Assembly: GCA_963707505.1 (NCBI GenBank)
Contig: CAVPQB010000003.1
Location: 352,001-416,000 of the forward strand
Length of the DNA: 64,000 nt
Source: an uncultured Gemmatimonadales bacterium
GTDB taxonomy: Bacteria; Gemmatimonadota; Gemmatimonadetes; Gemmatimonadales; Gemmatimonadaceae
Direction of reading: 5' to 3'
Shown: in pieces, positions 62,153-64,000 of the stretch
Layout: the number at the start of each line of letters is the position of its first letter
How positions within the stretch are numbered: the first letter of the stretch is position 1
Notes under the pieces: model-generated
Seen by the model: the letters and a program-made list of their open reading frames with translations, nothing else
Told to the model about the DNA's origin: nothing
The model's database searches: none
Made by a program: the position numbers and the translations under genes

Positions 62153-63826
62153 ATGGTCCGCCAGCTTCTGCACGTCCTGTCTCCAAAAGTGCAATCACTT
62201 CGCGCCGTTGCGCGACGTGGATCGCGCGGGCGCGGCGCGCGAATTGTTCTCTTATCGCTCGTTGGTGCAGTGTTCTGGCTCTGCGTGTTCGGTGTCACTT
62301 ACCGGCTGCTGACGTACTTCAGGAACGTTCCCGAGATCGGCACCCTGCTCGCGGCAAAGTTGCTCGGCCTGGTGCTCGTTAGCTTTCTCGGTCTTCTGTT
62401 GTTGTCCAACGTGATCACCGCGCTGTCCACCTTCTTTCTCGCGCGCGATCTGGACCTGCTTGTTGGAACGCCAGTTGACTGGCTGTCCGTCTATGGCGCG
62501 AAACTGATCGAGACGCTGGTGAACTCGAGCTGGATGGTCGTGTTGATGGCGTTCCCCATCTTCACCGCATATGGAATCGCCTACAACGGAGGTTGGTGGT
62601 ATCCGCTCGTTGCGATAGCAGCAGTAATTCCCTTTCTGATAATACCTGCTGCCATCGGCGCGGCGGTCACGCTCCTGCTCGTCAACATTTTTCCCGCGCG
62701 TCGCACGCGCGACATTCTCAGCGTGATCACGGTGCTCGCCGCTGGTGGTGTCATACTCGCATTCAGATTGCTGCGCCCCGAACGACTCGCCCGACCGGAG
62801 GGCTTTCGCTCGCTCGTCGATTTCCTCGCCGTTCTGCGCACGCCAACGTCACCGTGGCTCCCGAGTGACTGGGTTCAGACAGGGGTGCTCGGCTGGTTGC
62901 GCTACGAGCCGGATGCGCTGCCGTTCTATCTATTGTGGTCGACCGCTGCGGCGCTTGTGGTGATAGGTGCGATACTGCACCGCACGCTCTACGCCGCAGG
63001 ATTCAGCAAGTCACAGGAAGGAAGCGGTAGAACGGCCGCACGTGCCCACGCAAAGTCGCGCACGCTGCTGCACATACTTCCCGCGACGCGTCGGGAGCTT
63101 GTGCTCAAGGAACTGCGCGTGTTCTTCCGCGATACGACGCAGTGGTCGCAGCTGATCCTGCTGGTCGTGCTCGTCATCGTGTACGTGTTCAACATTCGCT
63201 TTCTTCCATTACGCGGCGACGGAATAACCTTCTTCCTCGCCAACATCGTTCCATTCCTGAACCTCGTGCTTGCGGGGTTCGTGCTCGCCTCGATCGCTGC
63301 ACGGTTCATCTTTCCGTCGGTGAGCCTGGAAGGACGCACCTGGTGGCTGCTCAAGGCCAGTCCGCTCTCGATGCGCGACCTGCTGTGGGCGAAGTTCTGG
63401 GTGGGTACGATGCCGCTTCTCGCGTTGGCGCTCGCGATCGTCTTCACGACCGACGTGTTGCTCGAGGTGAGCGAGTTCATGACCGCGGTATCGATCGGTA
63501 CGATCACGCTGCTCACCTTCGCAATATCCGGCCTCGCGATCGGAGCCGGAACCATCTTCCCGCAGTTCGAGACTGAGAATGCGGCTCAGATTCCTACATC
63601 GTTCGGCGGTCTCATATTCATGATGACCGCCATTTCGCTCATCGGTGCCGTGATCGTGCTTGAAGCGCGACCGGTATACACCTATCTCCTTGCGCGCTCG
63701 TTCGGGAGTCCGATCGACCCGACCGAGATGATAATCGCCTTCGCAGCCGCGGCAGCGCTTTGCCTGACGGCGACGCTTGCACCGATACACCTTGCCGTGC
63801 GGCGGTTGACCGCACTGGAGCTATAG
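62153..63826 (+). CDS. Putative ABC-2-type exporter permease
   Basis: About 12 TM segments, KELRVFFRD, SLEGRTWWLLKASP. Confidence 0.8.
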   Translation: MVRQLLHVLSPKVQSLRAVARRGSRGRGARIVLLSLVGAVFWLCVFGVTYRLLTYFRNVPEIGTLLAAKLLGLVLVSFLGLLLLSNVITALSTFFLARDLDLLVGTPVDWLSVYGAKLIETLVNSSWMVVLMAFPIFTAYGIAYNGGWWYPLVAIAAVIPFLIIPAAIGAAVTLLLVNIFPARRTRDILSVITVLAAGGVILAFRLLRPERLARPEGFRSLVDFLAVLRTPTSPWLPSDWVQTGVLGWLRYEPDALPFYLLWSTAAALVVIGAILHRTLYAAGFSKSQEGSGRTAARAHAKSRTLLHILPATRRELVLKELRVFFRDTTQWSQLILLVVLVIVYVFNIRFLPLRGDGITFFLANIVPFLNLVLAGFVLASIAARFIFPSVSLEGRTWWLLKASPLSMRDLLWAKFWVGTMPLLALALAIVFTTDVLLEVSEFMTAVSIGTITLLTFAISGLAIGAGTIFPQFETENAAQIPTSFGGLIFMMTAISLIGAVIVLEARPVYTYLLARSFGSPIDPTEMIIAFAAAAALCLTATLAPIHLAVRRLTALEL

Positions 63827-64000
63827 CGCCGGCCCGACGAACGTGAAAGGCTGCTGAACTAACTGCCGAACGGGATGGCCGCCGAGGCGCGCTGGAAAGA
63901 ACCGGGCTTGCGAGAGCGCCCGGACTACTGAGGCCGCGAACCGGGGATCGGTCGATGAAACAATGCCAATCGTTTCAGGCTCTGGGCGCCCCGCCGTGTC
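63821..64000 (-). CDS. TonB family protein, C-terminal domain (3' end only)
   Basis: Manual translation DTAGRPEPETIGIVSSTDPRFAASVVRALSQARFFPARLGGHPVRQLVQQPFTFVGPAL*. Confidence 0.75.
   Translation of the reverse strand, partial: DTAGRPEPETIGIVSSTDPRFAASVVRALSQARFFPARLGGHPVRQLVQQPFTFVGPAL

Noticed and set aside
63827..64000. Structured ncRNA after the permease
   Set aside because: The minus strand translates cleanly as a TonB C-terminal domain

Overview
High-GC bacterial chromosome segment. Protein sequences and accessory families suggest Gemmatimonadota; this is an inference, no search was run. From left to right it carries: (1) the upstream part of a gas-vesicle cluster (gvpF-G-L-[J/S-K fusion]-J-A), transcribed behind trpS and an M28 peptidase; (2) suhB-ftcD; (3) the fusA-tuf-S10-spc-secY-adk-map cluster, with no infA/alpha operon after map; (4) a ~9.4 kb block of envelope/secreted-protein genes plus a membrane-anchored BTAD regulator that splits the str operon between rpsG and fusA; (5) rpsL-rpsG, a K+/H+ antiporter, rpoBC, rplKAJL, nusG, secE, rpmG, a second tuf and four tRNAs; (6) cysS, an AI-2E transporter, pspA, elaA, sdaAB/AA, uvrA, a cutA-ABC operon and the 3' end of a TonB gene. 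Many essential genes carry single-base frameshifts, best explained as assembly/consensus errors. The most notable observations are helically phased direct-repeat arrays upstream of island genes, a structured attenuator-like fusA leader behind its own promoter, GTAG-type REP palindromes in spacers of the translation superoperon, a GvpJ/S-GvpK fusion, leaderless-type -10/ATG spacing at several housekeeping genes, and long low-complexity extensions on many ribosomal proteins.
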